Assembly: GCA_049424465.1 (NCBI GenBank)
Contig: JBMSSR010000001.1
Span: 1 to 32,386 of the forward strand
Origin: Ilumatobacteraceae bacterium
Lineage (GTDB): Bacteria > Actinomycetota > Acidimicrobiia > Acidimicrobiales > Ilumatobacteraceae
Length of the DNA stretch: 32,386 nt
Direction of reading: 5' to 3'
Shown here: piece by piece, positions 32,002 through 32,386 of the stretch
How the letters are laid out: each line of letters opens with the position of its first letter
How positions within the stretch are numbered: position 1 is the first letter of the stretch
Notes under the pieces: generated by a model
What the model saw: only the letters and a program-made list of their open reading frames with translations
Databases searched by the model: none
Told to the model about the DNA's origin: nothing
Position numbers and translations under genes: made by a program

Positions 32002-32340
32002 ATGAACGCCCAGACCAACTCCAAGAATGACAAGGGATTCACCCTCGTCGAACTCCTCATCGTCATCGTGATCCTCGGCATCCTGGCCACCGTCACGGTG
32101 TTCGCGGTGCAGGGCATCACCACCCGTGGCAAGGAAGCCACGTGCGACGCCGACTACAAGACGTACGAGACGGCCATCCAGGCGTTCTATGCCCAGAACG
32201 GCGCCTTCCCGACGTCGGACGCCGACCTCGTCACCGGTGGCTTCCTGACCTCCGAGTCGACCAACTACGACGTGGCAGCGGCCGGCGACGGCTCGATCGC
32301 CGTCGACGCAGCGGGTACCAACGACTGCACGCTGCCCTGA
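32002..32340 (+). CDS. type IV pilin / pseudopilin with prepilin N-terminal cleavage-methylation motif
   Basis: MNAQTNSKNDKG|FTLVELLIVIVILGILATV: a class III signal with G-1, F+1 and E+5. GGGAGGA SD (31991-31997) upstream of ATG 32002. 112-aa precursor with two Cys. Confidence 0.88.
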   Translation: MNAQTNSKNDKGFTLVELLIVIVILGILATVTVFAVQGITTRGKEATCDADYKTYETAIQAFYAQNGAFPTSDADLVTGGFLTSESTNYDVAAAGDGSIAVDAAGTNDCTLP

Positions 32341-32368
32341 TTCACAGCGCAGCTGAACAGCCTCGGAG

Positions 32369-32386
32369 CCGGGCCCTCGGGCCCGG
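32369..32386 (+). terminator. GC-rich hairpin downstream of the pilin gene (cut by window end)
   Basis: CCGGGCCCTCGGGCCCGG is self-complementary and starts 29 nt after the pilin stop. The downstream sequence is not visible. Confidence 0.35.

Noticed and set aside
1-32386. Mobile elements, CRISPR arrays, tRNA/rRNA genes, toxin-antitoxin or defence systems
   Set aside because: I found no transposase, integrase or recombinase-like ORF, no regularly spaced repeats, no cloverleaf-capable conserved tRNA segments, and no small paired ORFs of TA type. Gene content and codon pattern look uniform, with no obvious compositional island apart from two short AT-rich promoter regions.

Overview
GC-rich, Actinobacteria-like chromosomal segment (third codon positions almost all G/C, so many long shadow ORFs). 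I support 33 protein-coding genes. I see no rRNA, tRNA, CRISPR array, transposase or integrase. The content is core metabolism and housekeeping. (i) 0.9-6.8 kb is a small catabolic cluster: FAH-family hydrolase and aldehyde dehydrogenase, divergent from acetoacetate-decarboxylase-like protein, cytochrome P450 and PuuD-like gamma-glutamyl hydrolase, plus MarR. (ii) plsC-like acyltransferase, an orphan metzincin-motif protease coupled to cdd, an aminotransferase/omega-amidase pair with a TetR regulator, a GNAT and msrA. (iii) An acyl-CoA carboxylase operon (pccB, epsilon subunit, metallophosphoesterase, class III CoA-transferase). Thiolase, crotonyl-CoA carboxylase/reductase and methylmalonyl-CoA epimerase lie further on, so ethylmalonyl-CoA/propionate modules are scattered around dnaX-recR. 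(iv) Envelope genes: LysM protein (partial, missing from the ORF track), SIMPL, CopC-CopD fusion, GH18 lipoprotein, cyclophilin lipoprotein, MFS and EamA transporters, and a type IV pilin at the right edge. I did not find a defence or mobile system. The best candidate for something undescribed is a near-consensus promoter plus two strong hairpins on the minus strand, in the convergent recR/thiolase spacer (22.56-22.71 kb). This looks like a promoter-driven, operator-controlled small RNA with an anti-Shine-Dalgarno loop. A recurring TANNNT -10 box 6-8 nt upstream of start codons (about 10 genes) indicates widespread leaderless transcription and helped refine starts. Four GTGA stop/start overlaps mark translational coupling. 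All functional calls come from motif recognition by eye; no database search was run.
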